In this document: positions 19,126-29,271 of the stretch, piece by piece
Layout of the letters: the number at the start of each line of letters is the position of its first letter
Position numbering within the stretch: the stretch's first letter is position 1
DNA from: Acidimicrobiales bacterium
GTDB taxonomy: Bacteria > Actinomycetota > Acidimicrobiia > Acidimicrobiales > Aldehydirespiratoraceae
Direction: 5' to 3'
DNA: 64,000 bases
Assembly: GCA_029247365.1 (NCBI GenBank)
Contig: JAQWLJ010000032.1
Span: 1,679 to 65,678 of the forward strand
Notes under the pieces: model-generated
Told to the model about the DNA's origin: nothing
What the model saw: only the letters and a program-made list of their open reading frames with translations
The model's database searches: none
Program-made: the position numbers and the translations under genes

Positions 19126-20358
19126 ATGCCGTCACCCATCACGTGGATCCGCGGGAACCAAGAACTCATCGTCTTGTGCAGTGCGACCTTCCTCGTGATG
19201 GCCGGCCAAGGCGTGGTGTCGCCGATCCTCCCGCTCTACGCCAGCGACTTCGGCGTGAGCGCCACGATGGTTGGCCTCACGCTCACCGTCTTCGCGTTCG
19301 CCCGGCTCATCCTCAACGTGCCGGCCGGACTCATCGCCGACCGCTACGGACGGCGAGTCCTGCTTGTGGGCGGGCCGCTCCTCACTGCAGTCGGCATGTT
19401 TGGGTCGGGTCAGGCCGACACCATTTGGGTCTTGCTCGCATGGCGGTTCGTAGCTGGGGCGGGATCGGCGTTCTACATGTCGGGCGCCATGACCTATCTC
19501 ATCGATATCGCGCCACCCGAGAAACGAACTCGCTACGTCGCGACCAACCAGTGGGCACTCAGTGTCGGCGTCGCACTCGGGCCTGGGGTCGGCGGGATGA
19601 TCGCCGACGCCTACAACCTGAGCACGCCGTTCACGGTCGTAGCGGTGCTAGCCGTGCTCACCGCGATCTACGCCGCGATGCGCCTCCCCGAGACGCGCGA
19701 GCGTGCGCTCGAGGAACAGGCTGCGGCAGCACAGAACGCGCCCCCGGTAAGCACGTGGTCATTCGTTCGGAGTGCACCCTTCTTGCTGATCGCGTTGTCG
19801 ACGATGACCATCTTCATGACTCGGGCCGGCGCGCGCGGCACGATGATGCCATTGCACGCAAGCGAGGCCCTCGACTGGGGGCCGGCCGAAGTCGGGCTTG
19901 TGTTCACGCTCACCGGCCTCATCACGCTGACAACGCTCATGCCGGCGGCGTGGGCCGCCGATCACATCGGTCGTCGAAACGTGATCCTCTTCTCCGGGGT
20001 TTTCGCAGGGCTGGGCGCGCTCCTCGCCGGTTCGATCGCAACCCCAGCGGGTTTCGTCATGGGCAACATCATCATGTCGCTTGGCACCGGCACCGCCGGG
20101 CCCGCCCCGGCTGCTTATGTCGCAGACATTGCGCCGCCGGGTCGACGGGGACTGGCGATTGCCATGTATCGCTCAGCGGGCGACATCGGGTTCCTGGCTG
20201 CTCCCCCACTGCTCGGCCTGTTGAGTGAGATGACCTCGATCCGCTTCACCCTCGGCGTCGGTGGCGCGCTTGCGGCGGTAGGCGGTGCCGTGTTCTTCTT
20301 CGGCTCGCTGGGCGACGACCGTGCGGGCCGCAGCCCCCTCGTCGCGCCCGCAGGCTGA
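19126..20358 (+). CDS. MFS transporter
   Basis: About 12 hydrophobic segments with motif A GLIADRYGRR and its repeat AADHIGRR. Confidence 0.88.
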   Translation: MPSPITWIRGNQELIVLCSATFLVMAGQGVVSPILPLYASDFGVSATMVGLTLTVFAFARLILNVPAGLIADRYGRRVLLVGGPLLTAVGMFGSGQADTIWVLLAWRFVAGAGSAFYMSGAMTYLIDIAPPEKRTRYVATNQWALSVGVALGPGVGGMIADAYNLSTPFTVVAVLAVLTAIYAAMRLPETRERALEEQAAAAQNAPPVSTWSFVRSAPFLLIALSTMTIFMTRAGARGTMMPLHASEALDWGPAEVGLVFTLTGLITLTTLMPAAWAADHIGRRNVILFSGVFAGLGALLAGSIATPAGFVMGNIIMSLGTGTAGPAPAAYVADIAPPGRRGLAIAMYRSAGDIGFLAAPPLLGLLSEMTSIRFTLGVGGALAAVGGAVFFFGSLGDDRAGRSPLVAPAG

Positions 20359-20409
20359 GGGCCCGATGCACCGGCGCCGATATCAACGTGCTCCGGTAAG
20401 GTCGCGCCG

Positions 20410-21069
20410 ATGAAGCGTCAAGCGAAAGCCGACCGCATCGGCGAGATCCTCGACGACCTCTACCCGAAGCCGCCCATCCCCCTTGACCACACCGACCCGT
20501 ACACGCTGCTCGTTGCGGTCGCCCTATCTGCGCAGACGACCGACAAGAAGGTCAACCAGGTCACACCAGCGCTGTTCGCCGCAGCCAGCAGCCCCGAGGA
20601 GATGGCGACCCTCCCGCCTGACGAAATCCTCGGATACATCAAAGAGGTCGGGCTCGCGCCGACGAAGGCCCGGAACCTGTCGACGATGGCGCACCAGATT
20701 CTCGACGGCCCTGGTGAAGTCATTCCCGACTGGGAGTTCCTCGAGTCGCTCGCTGGGGTGGGGCACAAGACGGCGAGTGTCGTGATGGCGCAGTCGTTCG
20801 GCGTGCCGTCATTCCCCGTCGACACACACATCCACCGCCTGGCCTCGCGATGGGGGCTCTCGGCGGCCAAAAACGTTGAGCAGACCGAGCGCGACCTCAA
20901 GGCGGTGTTCCCCAAAGACACCTGGAATCGCCGCCATCTCCAAATCATCTTCTTCGGTCGCGACTACTGCCCCGCCCGACGACACGACCTTGCCGGGTGC
21001 GAGATCTGCTCGTGGTCGGCGACGAAGCGACGCATAGCCGACGAAGCAAAGCCGGCCAACAGGACGTAA
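20410..21069 (+). CDS. nth: Endonuclease III
   Basis: LLVAVALSAQTTDKKVN, HhH LAGVGHKTA, FPVDTHIHR, C-terminal Cys motif. Confidence 0.93.
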   Translation: MKRQAKADRIGEILDDLYPKPPIPLDHTDPYTLLVAVALSAQTTDKKVNQVTPALFAAASSPEEMATLPPDEILGYIKEVGLAPTKARNLSTMAHQILDGPGEVIPDWEFLESLAGVGHKTASVVMAQSFGVPSFPVDTHIHRLASRWGLSAAKNVEQTERDLKAVFPKDTWNRRHLQIIFFGRDYCPARRHDLAGCEICSWSATKRRIADEAKPANRT

Positions 21070-21314
21070 CCGCCGTCAGGACCGTCTCGCCGACAAAGCG
21101 ACGATCAGCCGTCGTATTGGACCGATCGCTCTCCAGGGCCACGTCGGTCTGCGAACCCGGCCTGCCGAGATGCCGTTTCGCTGAGTCGACGACACCCAGC
21201 CCGGGCCAGCCTCTTTGGTGTGGTCACATCGTCACAATCCAGCTTCGAGTCGTCCCGCCTCACAGCGACCCTGGCGCCAAGCAGGGCCACCCGGTAAAGG
21301 CAGTTCGACCTCGC

Positions 21315-24300
21315 TCAGCGGCGATCAGCCGACGGGACCAACCGACTCGGGTGGGTAGCGATGCGAGTGGCATGCTCGATCCACTCGCACACGTAGCGAC
21401 GGGTGTCGCGTGGGTCGATCAATTCCTCGACCTCGAACCGGTTGAGTGGACCCATTGGACCGCGGGCGCTCTCGATTCGTCGCATCAGTTCGGCTCGAAA
21501 CGCCACCGGGTCCTCGGCTTCGGCCAGCTGCCGCTTGTAGGCGGCTTCGATTCCACCCTCTGGAGGGATCCCGCCCATGTCGGCCGCCGGCCAAATGACC
21601 CGCATGTCGGCGTCGGAACGAGGTGCGGCAAAGTTATTGCCAGCGACACCAAAGCTCCGCCGCAAAATCACCGTGAAGAGCGGCACGGAGATTCGAGCAA
21701 AGGCGAGCATCCATTCTGCGCCCTTCCGGATGGTCCCCTTGATCTCGTGGTCGAGACCGACCGCGAAGCCTGGATTGTCCACCAGGTTCAGCACCGGAAT
21801 ATTGAAGAGGTTGCACAACTCAAGGTGCCGGGTGATCTTGTCGCAACCATCAGCGGTGAGCGCGCCGCCGTTGACGTGTTGCGAATCCGAGGCAACCACA
21901 CCGATGACCCGGCCTCGGCAACGGGCCAGCCCAACGACCTGATCGGTTCCCCAGTGCGGCCCAATCTCGAAGAATGAGCCAAGGTCCACAATGAGCCCGA
22001 TGGTGCGCCGCACGTCGAAGGTGGTGGTTCGGCTCCGCGGGACCAGGGCAAGCAGTTCATCGACCCGGTCGACACCTCGATCGGATACCGGCTCGACCGG
22101 GGCGGGCTCGTAGACACTCGTCGGCAGGTACGACAGAAAGCGCCGTGTCTGAGCAGCTGCATCGTCCTCGTCTTCGGCGAGATTGTCGACCGAGCCGTTC
22201 CGGCAGTGGATGTGCCAGCCGCCGAGCTCCTCCTTCGTGATGTCTTGGCCAGTGGCCTGAACCACAACTGGTGGGCCCGCCACGAACAGTTGCGCTGTCT
22301 CGCGCAACATCACTGAAAAGTGGCCGAGCACCGCCTTTGCGGCGCCCAACCCAACCACACTGCCGAGGAGCATGTTGACGACCGGCACCGTGTCGAGTTG
22401 CTTGGCATACATCGACGAGCCGAGATGCGACGGCAGAAAGGACCCTCCCGGTCCGGTGACCCGCGGCTTGCCGGCGTCGATCGCCCCCGTGCTCTCCTTC
22501 GCCGTGCTCGTCCCCGACGTCTGCTGCGCCGGAACCATCGACGCGACACTGCCGCCGCCGGACGACCCGTCAAGCAGACGGACCGACGGCATGCGGAGGT
22601 TGAGCGACAGTCGGTCGAGGTAGATCGCCTTTGAACCGATCGAGCCGTCGGAATGTCCGCCTCGCGACGTGAAGTCGTCGGCGCACACGATGCTCGCGCG
22701 GCCCTCCATCGTGCCCTGACCACCAACATGGTTCGATGGCGTAAACGCCGCCACGTTTCCATCGTCGTCATAGCTGCTGAACCCGGCGAGGCTGCCGATC
22801 TCGCGGAATGATCCCTCGTCGAGCAGGAGGTCAATCCTCTCGCGACAGGTCAACTTGTTACGGCTCCGCTGACGAACCACGCCGGGATCGCTTGAACCGG
22901 AGGCCAGTCGCTCGTGAGCAAGGCTTCGCAGTTCGTCAGCCTGGGCCAGATCCGGCGCCCATCCTTTGCCGTTGCGCGTTGTTCCTTCACCAGCACCACT
23001 TCCTTCGCCAGGCTCGATCAAGGCGATCACTTCGTCCTGGTGGACGACGTCTCCGGCCGTGAGGGGAAGCAGATCGACAACCGAGCCCGAGCACGGTGCG
23101 CTCAGCACCGTCTCCATCTTCATCGCCGAACAGACCACGATCGCCTGGCCCTCATCGACGCGGTCGCCGCTGGCGACAAGGATTTCGACGACCGTCGATC
23201 CAACCGGGCTCACCACCGCAGCGACGCTGCCATCGGCAACAAGCCGCTGCGCAAACACCGGCCCTCCGCCTGCCGTCGAGTCCCTCGCCTCGCGGAACAG
23301 TTCGAGCGCCGCCGACCCGTAGGCACCGTCAGTAGTCGGCGACCCGTCGATCAGGGTCGTGCGGGCGTCACCGCCGCGCACCCGATCGTCAGCCAGCAGC
23401 GACACAAGCTGACCAAGATTGGTGGCAACACCATCGATCTGGAACTCTCCGAGGGCGCGGTCGAGCCGGTCCAGCGCGGCACCGTGCCACGCTGCCGATG
23501 CGACCACCTTTGCGATGAGCGGATCGAAAACGGCCGACACCTCAAATCCCGCATACGCAAATCCATCGACGCGGATCCCGGGGCCTGAGGGCTCTCGGTA
23601 GCCAGCGATGCGGCCTGCCGATGCCAAGACCACACGTGCCTGCACAGCCGTACCCCGAGGGGGGCCGATGTCAACGAGTCCCGCCTCGGCAAGCGTCGCG
23701 CCAGCAGCGATCAACAGCTGGCTCTGCACAAGATCTCGGCCAATGATCTCCTCAGTGACTGTGTGCTCTACCTGTATCCGAGGGTTTGCCTCAATGAACC
23801 AGTGCATCCCCGCAACCGGATCCACCAGGAACTCAACCGTTCCGGCATTGGCGTATTTACCGGCATGGGCAAGGCGTACCGCATCGAGCAGCAGCGCGTC
23901 GCGAAGGACCGGATCGAGCGACGGGGCCGGCGCGACCTCAATGACCTTCTGGTTTCGCTGCTGCACCGAGCAGTCTCGCTCCCACAGGTGCACGACGGCA
24001 CCTGCGTGATCGCCAAACACCTGCACTTCGATGTGGCGGGGGTCGATGATCAGCTTCTCAACCAGCATCGCGCTATCGCCGAACGCCGCCTCGGCTTCTC
24101 GGACAGCGCTCTCGAACGCCTCGGGTAGACCGGCTGTGTCGTCGACCCGTCGCATGCCCCGACCGCCCCCGCCCGCTGCCGCCTTCAGCATCACCGGGTA
24201 GCCGATCTCGGAGGCCACGGCCAACGCTGCAGCGACGGACTCGACGGCACCGTCGCTGCCGGGAACGATCGAGATGCCTTGATCGGCGGCCAGCGACCGC

Positions 24301-24665
24301 GCCGCAGCCTTGTCGCCGAACAACTCGAGTGCCTCTGTTGATGGGCCCACGAAGGTAATGCCAGCCGCAGCACACGCCCGCGCAAACGGCGCACTCTCGG
24401 AGAGAAATCCGTAGCCAGGGTGAATCGCATCGCAGCCCGTATCAACGGCGGCCGCCACGACCCTCTCGATGTCGAGATAGGCCCCGATCGGTTCGCCCAC
24501 AAGCTCGATGGCCTGGTCAGTCACCCTCGTGTGAAGCGACTGGGCGTCGGCGGTGGAGTAGATGGCGACCGTCTCCGAGCCGAGTTCGGCTGCAGCGCGG
24601 GCGATACGAACGGCGATCTCACCCCGGTTGGCAATCAGGACACGGCGAAAGGATTCGAGCGGCAC
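21315..24665 (-). CDS. Single-chain acyl-CoA carboxylase (biotin carboxylase-BCCP-carboxyltransferase)
   Basis: LIANRGEIA, HPGYGFLSE, GGGGRGMR, RDCSVQ, NPRIQVEH, biotin site AMKM, C-terminal CT domain. GTG start after TAGGGT. Confidence 0.9.
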   Translation of the reverse strand: MPLESFRRVLIANRGEIAVRIARAAAELGSETVAIYSTADAQSLHTRVTDQAIELVGEPIGAYLDIERVVAAAVDTGCDAIHPGYGFLSESAPFARACAAAGITFVGPSTEALELFGDKAAARSLAADQGISIVPGSDGAVESVAAALAVASEIGYPVMLKAAAGGGGRGMRRVDDTAGLPEAFESAVREAEAAFGDSAMLVEKLIIDPRHIEVQVFGDHAGAVVHLWERDCSVQQRNQKVIEVAPAPSLDPVLRDALLLDAVRLAHAGKYANAGTVEFLVDPVAGMHWFIEANPRIQVEHTVTEEIIGRDLVQSQLLIAAGATLAEAGLVDIGPPRGTAVQARVVLASAGRIAGYREPSGPGIRVDGFAYAGFEVSAVFDPLIAKVVASAAWHGAALDRLDRALGEFQIDGVATNLGQLVSLLADDRVRGGDARTTLIDGSPTTDGAYGSAALELFREARDSTAGGGPVFAQRLVADGSVAAVVSPVGSTVVEILVASGDRVDEGQAIVVCSAMKMETVLSAPCSGSVVDLLPLTAGDVVHQDEVIALIEPGEGSGAGEGTTRNGKGWAPDLAQADELRSLAHERLASGSSDPGVVRQRSRNKLTCRERIDLLLDEGSFREIGSLAGFSSYDDDGNVAAFTPSNHVGGQGTMEGRASIVCADDFTSRGGHSDGSIGSKAIYLDRLSLNLRMPSVRLLDGSSGGGSVASMVPAQQTSGTSTAKESTGAIDAGKPRVTGPGGSFLPSHLGSSMYAKQLDTVPVVNMLLGSVVGLGAAKAVLGHFSVMLRETAQLFVAGPPVVVQATGQDITKEELGGWHIHCRNGSVDNLAEDEDDAAAQTRRFLSYLPTSVYEPAPVEPVSDRGVDRVDELLALVPRSRTTTFDVRRTIGLIVDLGSFFEIGPHWGTDQVVGLARCRGRVIGVVASDSQHVNGGALTADGCDKITRHLELCNLFNIPVLNLVDNPGFAVGLDHEIKGTIRKGAEWMLAFARISVPLFTVILRRSFGVAGNNFAAPRSDADMRVIWPAADMGGIPPEGGIEAAYKRQLAEAEDPVAFRAELMRRIESARGPMGPLNRFEVEELIDPRDTRRYVCEWIEHATRIATHPSRLVPSADRR

Positions 24666-24747
24666 GGCGGCGACCCTAGTTGCCCCCATCGCCGGGCTCG
24701 AAGGGCGCCCATCGCAGGGAGTCGAGAATTCCGTAGGCTCCAGCCCC

Positions 24748-25596
24748 ATGCCGGACCAGGTGCAGCGGCTGATCAACCGCCTCGATCTCGACGAAACCTC
24801 CCCCGACGAGTACGCCGGGGGCAGTGGTCCTGGGGGGAAAGGCTTCCGCGAACGCCTCTACGGCGGGCTGGTGGCTGCGCAGGCGTACGTGGCTGCGGCA
24901 CGCACAACCACAGTTGGTCCCATCCATTCCTTGCACCTGTACTTTCTGCGTCCAGGCGAGACCGGTAGGCCCATTCGCTACGAAGTCGACCGAATCAAGG
25001 AGGGCCGGAACTTCCAGGTTCGCGAGGTGCGGGCCTTCCAGGACGACCGCCGGATTTTCCAGATGATGGCAAGCTTCGCCGCCAACCCGGCTGGCGCTGA
25101 TCACCAGGACGTGATGCCGGCAGTCGAACCGCCGGACAACCTCCCCAACCGCGACCAGGCCCGCAACCGGCCGGGCTGGGAGGACCAGCCCATCGATATC
25201 AGGACCGACGATCCCCGCGGCGAACGACCGGAGCCCGACCATTGGGTCTGGATGCGACCGATCCATCCGGTCCTGCCCGCTGACCCGATCGTCCACGCAG
25301 CGGCGCTGATCTTCGCAACCGATCGCGTCTTCATGCGCACGGCAGCACTCCCGCACATCCCTGAACGGGGCGAGTTGGCCGGGGCAAGCCTCGACCACAC
25401 GATCTGGTTTCACGAGCCCATCGATTTCAACAACTGGCACCTGCACGCCATGCACAGTCCGGTGGCCCGCTACGAGCGAGGTCTCACCCTCGGCTCTATC
25501 TACGCCGCTGACGGCCTTCGCGTCGCCACCACCGCTCAGGAAGGATCGCTGCGCTTCAACTCCACCGGTGACGGACTCGAGCGATGTCGTGGTTGA
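24748..25596 (+). CDS. tesB: Acyl-CoA thioesterase II
   Basis: RLYGGLVAAQA, HSLHLYFLRPG, ASLDHTIWFH, TTAQEG. Confidence 0.85.
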   Translation: MPDQVQRLINRLDLDETSPDEYAGGSGPGGKGFRERLYGGLVAAQAYVAAARTTTVGPIHSLHLYFLRPGETGRPIRYEVDRIKEGRNFQVREVRAFQDDRRIFQMMASFAANPAGADHQDVMPAVEPPDNLPNRDQARNRPGWEDQPIDIRTDDPRGERPEPDHWVWMRPIHPVLPADPIVHAAALIFATDRVFMRTAALPHIPERGELAGASLDHTIWFHEPIDFNNWHLHAMHSPVARYERGLTLGSIYAADGLRVATTAQEGSLRFNSTGDGLERCRG

Positions 25597-25621
25597 GCCC
25601 GCTAGCAGCCGTCAACCACGT

Positions 25622-27784
25622 TCATGACCGCCGGTAGCCAGCGAAGCGTCGGAGTCGCAGGCTGTTGCTCACCACGAAGACCGACGACAGCCCCATTGCT
25701 CCCGCCGCAACCATCGGATTGAGTACGCCGGACGCAGCCAAGGGTATAGCTGCCGCGTTGTAGGCAAAGGCCCAGAAAAGGTTGCCCTTAATAACGGTGA
25801 GCGTGTGCCGAGAGAGTGCGATCGCATCGGCAACAGCACGGAGATCACCGGACACAACCGTGAGGTCCGACGCTTCGATCGCGACGTCGGTGCCGGTGCC
25901 GACCGCAATGCCGAGGTCGGCCTGGGCGAGCGCCGGCGCATCGTTAACGCCATCACCGACCATCGCAACCCGATGGCCCTCGGCCTGCATTCGGGCGACG
26001 ACCTCGGCCTTGCCCGCAGGCAGAACCTCAGCGATGACCTCGTCGCCGACGCGCGTGCCAATGCCGACTGCGCGGGCGACCGCCGCCGCCGTGCGCTGAT
26101 TGTCCCCAGTGAGCAACGTCACCGAAAGGCCCTGGTCATGCAGTGCGGTAACCGCTGCTGCGGAAGTGTGCTTCACTTCGTCATTCACCACGAACACGAG
26201 CTCGGCCGTTGTCCCGCGGCCGGCCAGCACGACTGTGGCCCCTAACTCCTCGGCGGTAGCCGCTGCGGATTCGACCGACGCTGGAACGTCGTCGAACAGC
26301 AATCGCCTCCCAACCCGGACCGGACCACCATCGACCATCGCAACAATGCCCAAGCCTGGTCGGTTTTCGAATGCTTCGATATCGCCGGTTCCGGGATAGG
26401 CCTCGGCGATCGCAGCAGCGATGGGGTGCTCGGAACGTCGTTCGGCTGCGCCAGCAAGTCGGGCGACCTGCTCAGCCGAGGTCTCATCGAGTTCCGGCGC
26501 GACTCGTTCGGAGACGATCATGGCCGCCTTGGTCAGTGTTCCCGTCTTGTCGACGACAACGGCGTCGATGGCGCGGGTGTCCTCCAGGATCTCTCCACCC
26601 TTGATGATCACGCCGAGCTGCGCACCTCGGCCGGTGCCGACCATGATGCCGAGCGGGGTCGCCAGGCCCAGGGCGCAGGGGCAGGCAATGATCAGCACCG
26701 CAACCGCAGCAGTGAACGCCTCGCTCGCCGGCTGGCCGGTGGCGAGCCACACAGCAAGTGTCGCGAACGCCGTGACGATCGCCAGTGGAACAAAAACGGC
26801 CGCGACGCGGTCGGCCAGCCGTTGGACCTCGGCGCGGCTCCCCTGCGCGTCGTCAACGAGGCGGATGATTTGCGCGAGTGCGGTGTCGGACCCGACACGC
26901 GTGGCCTCGACAGTGAGCGAGCCACTGGTGTTGAGCGTGGCGCCGATGACCTCCGCGCCAACCCCAACCTCCACCGGCACCGGCTCACCCGTGACCATCG
27001 ACGCGTCAACCGCGGACGCACCGTCTACCACGACGCCATCGGTGGCAATCTTCTCGCCCGGGCGCACCATGAAGCGCATGCCCACGGCGAGGTCGTCGAG
27101 GCTGACCTCACGTCCGTCTTCGAGCATGGCGGTCTTCGCCCCGAGACCAGCGAGCGCCCGAATGGCATCACCAGAGCGGCGCTTCGCCCGCACTTCGAAC
27201 CACTTGCCGAGCAAAATCAGCGTGACAATCACTGCGCCGGTCTCGAAGTAGACGTGGCCATCGCCAACCTCCGCGAGCAGCACGACCAATGACCACCCGA
27301 GCGCCGCAAGCGAACCCATCGACACGAGGGTGTCCATTGTGGTCGCCCGGCGGCGAAGGTTGATCGCTGCGGCACGATGAAACGGCCATCCCGACCAGAG
27401 GATCACTGGGATCGAGAGTCCGGCGACCACCCACTCCCAGCCGACGAACTGCAACCCCATCAACATCGAGATCAACATCGCTGGCATCGCGAGTGCTGCG
27501 GCGACCATCAGTCGGCGCCGCAGTTCGCGCTCACGGGCGTCTTCGGCACGCTCGCCTTCGTCACGACCGACGACCGAGTAGCCGAGCGACTCGACCGTGC
27601 TGGTGATCGCATCGCTGTCGATCGAGTTGTCGTGGCGGACGGTGGCCCGTCCCGTAGCGAAGTTGACTTGTGCCGTGTCGACGCCCTCGAGGTCGTCAAG
27701 CTGGCTCTGGATGCGGGCAGCACAGCCACCGCACGTCATGCCGGCGATGGTGAGTTCCGCCTCAAGCGTGGCATTGATGGACAT
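25622..27784 (-). CDS. copA: Heavy-metal P1B-type ATPase, Cu(I)-type
   Basis: GMTCGGC metal-binding domain, [31 protein letters not shown] and MGLSS Cu(I) TM ligands. Confidence 0.9.
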   Translation of the reverse strand: MSINATLEAELTIAGMTCGGCAARIQSQLDDLEGVDTAQVNFATGRATVRHDNSIDSDAITSTVESLGYSVVGRDEGERAEDARERELRRRLMVAAALAMPAMLISMLMGLQFVGWEWVVAGLSIPVILWSGWPFHRAAAINLRRRATTMDTLVSMGSLAALGWSLVVLLAEVGDGHVYFETGAVIVTLILLGKWFEVRAKRRSGDAIRALAGLGAKTAMLEDGREVSLDDLAVGMRFMVRPGEKIATDGVVVDGASAVDASMVTGEPVPVEVGVGAEVIGATLNTSGSLTVEATRVGSDTALAQIIRLVDDAQGSRAEVQRLADRVAAVFVPLAIVTAFATLAVWLATGQPASEAFTAAVAVLIIACPCALGLATPLGIMVGTGRGAQLGVIIKGGEILEDTRAIDAVVVDKTGTLTKAAMIVSERVAPELDETSAEQVARLAGAAERRSEHPIAAAIAEAYPGTGDIEAFENRPGLGIVAMVDGGPVRVGRRLLFDDVPASVESAAATAEELGATVVLAGRGTTAELVFVVNDEVKHTSAAAVTALHDQGLSVTLLTGDNQRTAAAVARAVGIGTRVGDEVIAEVLPAGKAEVVARMQAEGHRVAMVGDGVNDAPALAQADLGIAVGTGTDVAIEASDLTVVSGDLRAVADAIALSRHTLTVIKGNLFWAFAYNAAAIPLAASGVLNPMVAAGAMGLSSVFVVSNSLRLRRFAGYRRS

Positions 27785-27790
27785 AACCCC

Positions 27791-27822
27791 ACGATAGAGC
27801 TTCCATCGGGCTGGAAGGTCAA
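27791..27822 (-). promoter_or_regulatory. MerR-type promoter/operator of copA
   Basis: TTGACC (27822-27817), 20-nt spacer containing CTTCCA-N6-TGGAAG, TATCGT (27796-27791), then 6 nt to ATG 27784. Confidence 0.8.
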
Positions 27823-28235
27823 GGCTCGGTTCGGGCCTCCACGATGACCTGACAGCGATTCGGGTCGGTGCAGTGCGAAGGATTCAGCTTCCGGCCTCGC
27901 TCGGCGAGCATCACCAGTTCTTCTCGAGCGACAGCGAGATGTGCGATCTGAGCATCGATCGAGGCCACATGTGCATCGATGAGCGCCATCGTGTGCCCAC
28001 ACGACCGCTTCCCAGCACCCTTCAACTCCAGCACCGATGCAATCTCAGCGAGGGTCAGACCACTCGACTGGGCTTCGCGAATGAACCGAAGCCGCTCAAC
28101 CGAGCCATCGCCGTAATCGCGGTAGCCATTCGCGGTACGCCTCGGTTCGTCAATGAGTCCAATCGACTCGTAGTACCGGATGGTCTTGGCCGACACGCCG
28201 CAGCGTTCTCCGAGTTGACCGGTCTTCATCGCCAC
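27819..28235 (-). CDS. MerR-family heavy-metal-responsive regulator
   Basis: [29 protein letters not shown], Cys in RSCGH and HCTDPNRC. Confidence 0.92.
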   Translation of the reverse strand: MAMKTGQLGERCGVSAKTIRYYESIGLIDEPRRTANGYRDYGDGSVERLRFIREAQSSGLTLAEIASVLELKGAGKRSCGHTMALIDAHVASIDAQIAHLAVAREELVMLAERGRKLNPSHCTDPNRCQVIVEARTEP

Positions 28236-28236
28236 A

Positions 28237-29157
28237 TCATGCCAGCGCTCGCTTGGCCGCCTCTGCGACCTGGGTCACCGCAGCCCTGCCCTTGTCGATA
28301 ATCGGTCCGAGCTGGAAGAAGATGTGCACCATCCCGGCATAGTTCGTGTATTCCGTCGGCACGCCGGCGGCGGAGAGCACCGTGGCGTACTCCGCGCCCT
28401 GATCACGCAACGGGTCGAACTCGGCGGTGATCACGAGCGCCGGCGCCAAACCAGCGTGTGACTCGGAGCGGATAGGCGAGGCCCGCACGTCGGCGGGATC
28501 GGGCTGATACTGGGTGTTGAACCAGTCCATCGTTTCTCGCGTCAGCACGTACCCCTCGCCGTTCTCGGTCATCGACGCGCTCTCGTCGTCGACCCGCACC
28601 GCCGGGTACACGAGCAATTGTGCCGCGAGGTCGAGTCCGGCATCGCGCGCCTTCAGCGCCATCACGGCGGAGATGTTGCCCCCTGCGGAGTCGCCACCGA
28701 CGACCACCTTGGCGTCGCCGCTCCCGCCGTACTTCACCCGGTTAGCGGCGATGTGACGGAGCGCAGACCATGAGTCCTCGATTCCGGCCGGAAATGGTTC
28801 CTCAGGCGCGAGCGCATAATCGATCGCCACCACCGTCGCCTCCGACTCGAGCGCAAGCTGTCGACAAACCTCGTCATGGCTGTCGAGGTCACCAATCGTG
28901 TAGCCACCTCCGTGGTAGAAGACGAAGATCCCGTGAGCTCCTTCGTTGCGGTAGATGCGTGCGGCAATGTCGCCGGCTCTCCCCGGCACACGCTCATCGT
29001 GCACGTGGTCGAGTTGGGGTCCATTCCCCGCAACCGCGCAAAGCGCACGATAGGACCGCCGCCGCATCTCCACGGTCTGCTCCTCGATTGGCGGGGCGTC
29101 GGCGGCCGCTGCGTTGACGGCATCGACAATGGGCGCAATTTGCGGATCGACCGGCAT
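28237..29157 (-). CDS. HSL-family esterase/lipase (alpha/beta hydrolase fold-3)
   Basis: HGGGY, GDSAGG, FDPLRD, HIFF. Confidence 0.92.
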   Translation of the reverse strand: MPVDPQIAPIVDAVNAAAADAPPIEEQTVEMRRRSYRALCAVAGNGPQLDHVHDERVPGRAGDIAARIYRNEGAHGIFVFYHGGGYTIGDLDSHDEVCRQLALESEATVVAIDYALAPEEPFPAGIEDSWSALRHIAANRVKYGGSGDAKVVVGGDSAGGNISAVMALKARDAGLDLAAQLLVYPAVRVDDESASMTENGEGYVLTRETMDWFNTQYQPDPADVRASPIRSESHAGLAPALVITAEFDPLRDQGAEYATVLSAAGVPTEYTNYAGMVHIFFQLGPIIDKGRAAVTQVAEAAKRALA

Positions 29158-29271
29158 GGGGCAGACCGTAGCCCCGGGGCCAAGTTGCGTCAGACCCAAC
29201 GTCGGGACCACTCCGCAGGCGAGCAATGCTCAGCGAGACAACGCTGGCTTGTGCGCGTTGATCTGCGCGCG

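Noticed and set aside
21070-21314. 245-bp gap between convergent nth and carboxylase genes
   Set aside because: No credible ORF, terminal repeats or RNA motif was seen.
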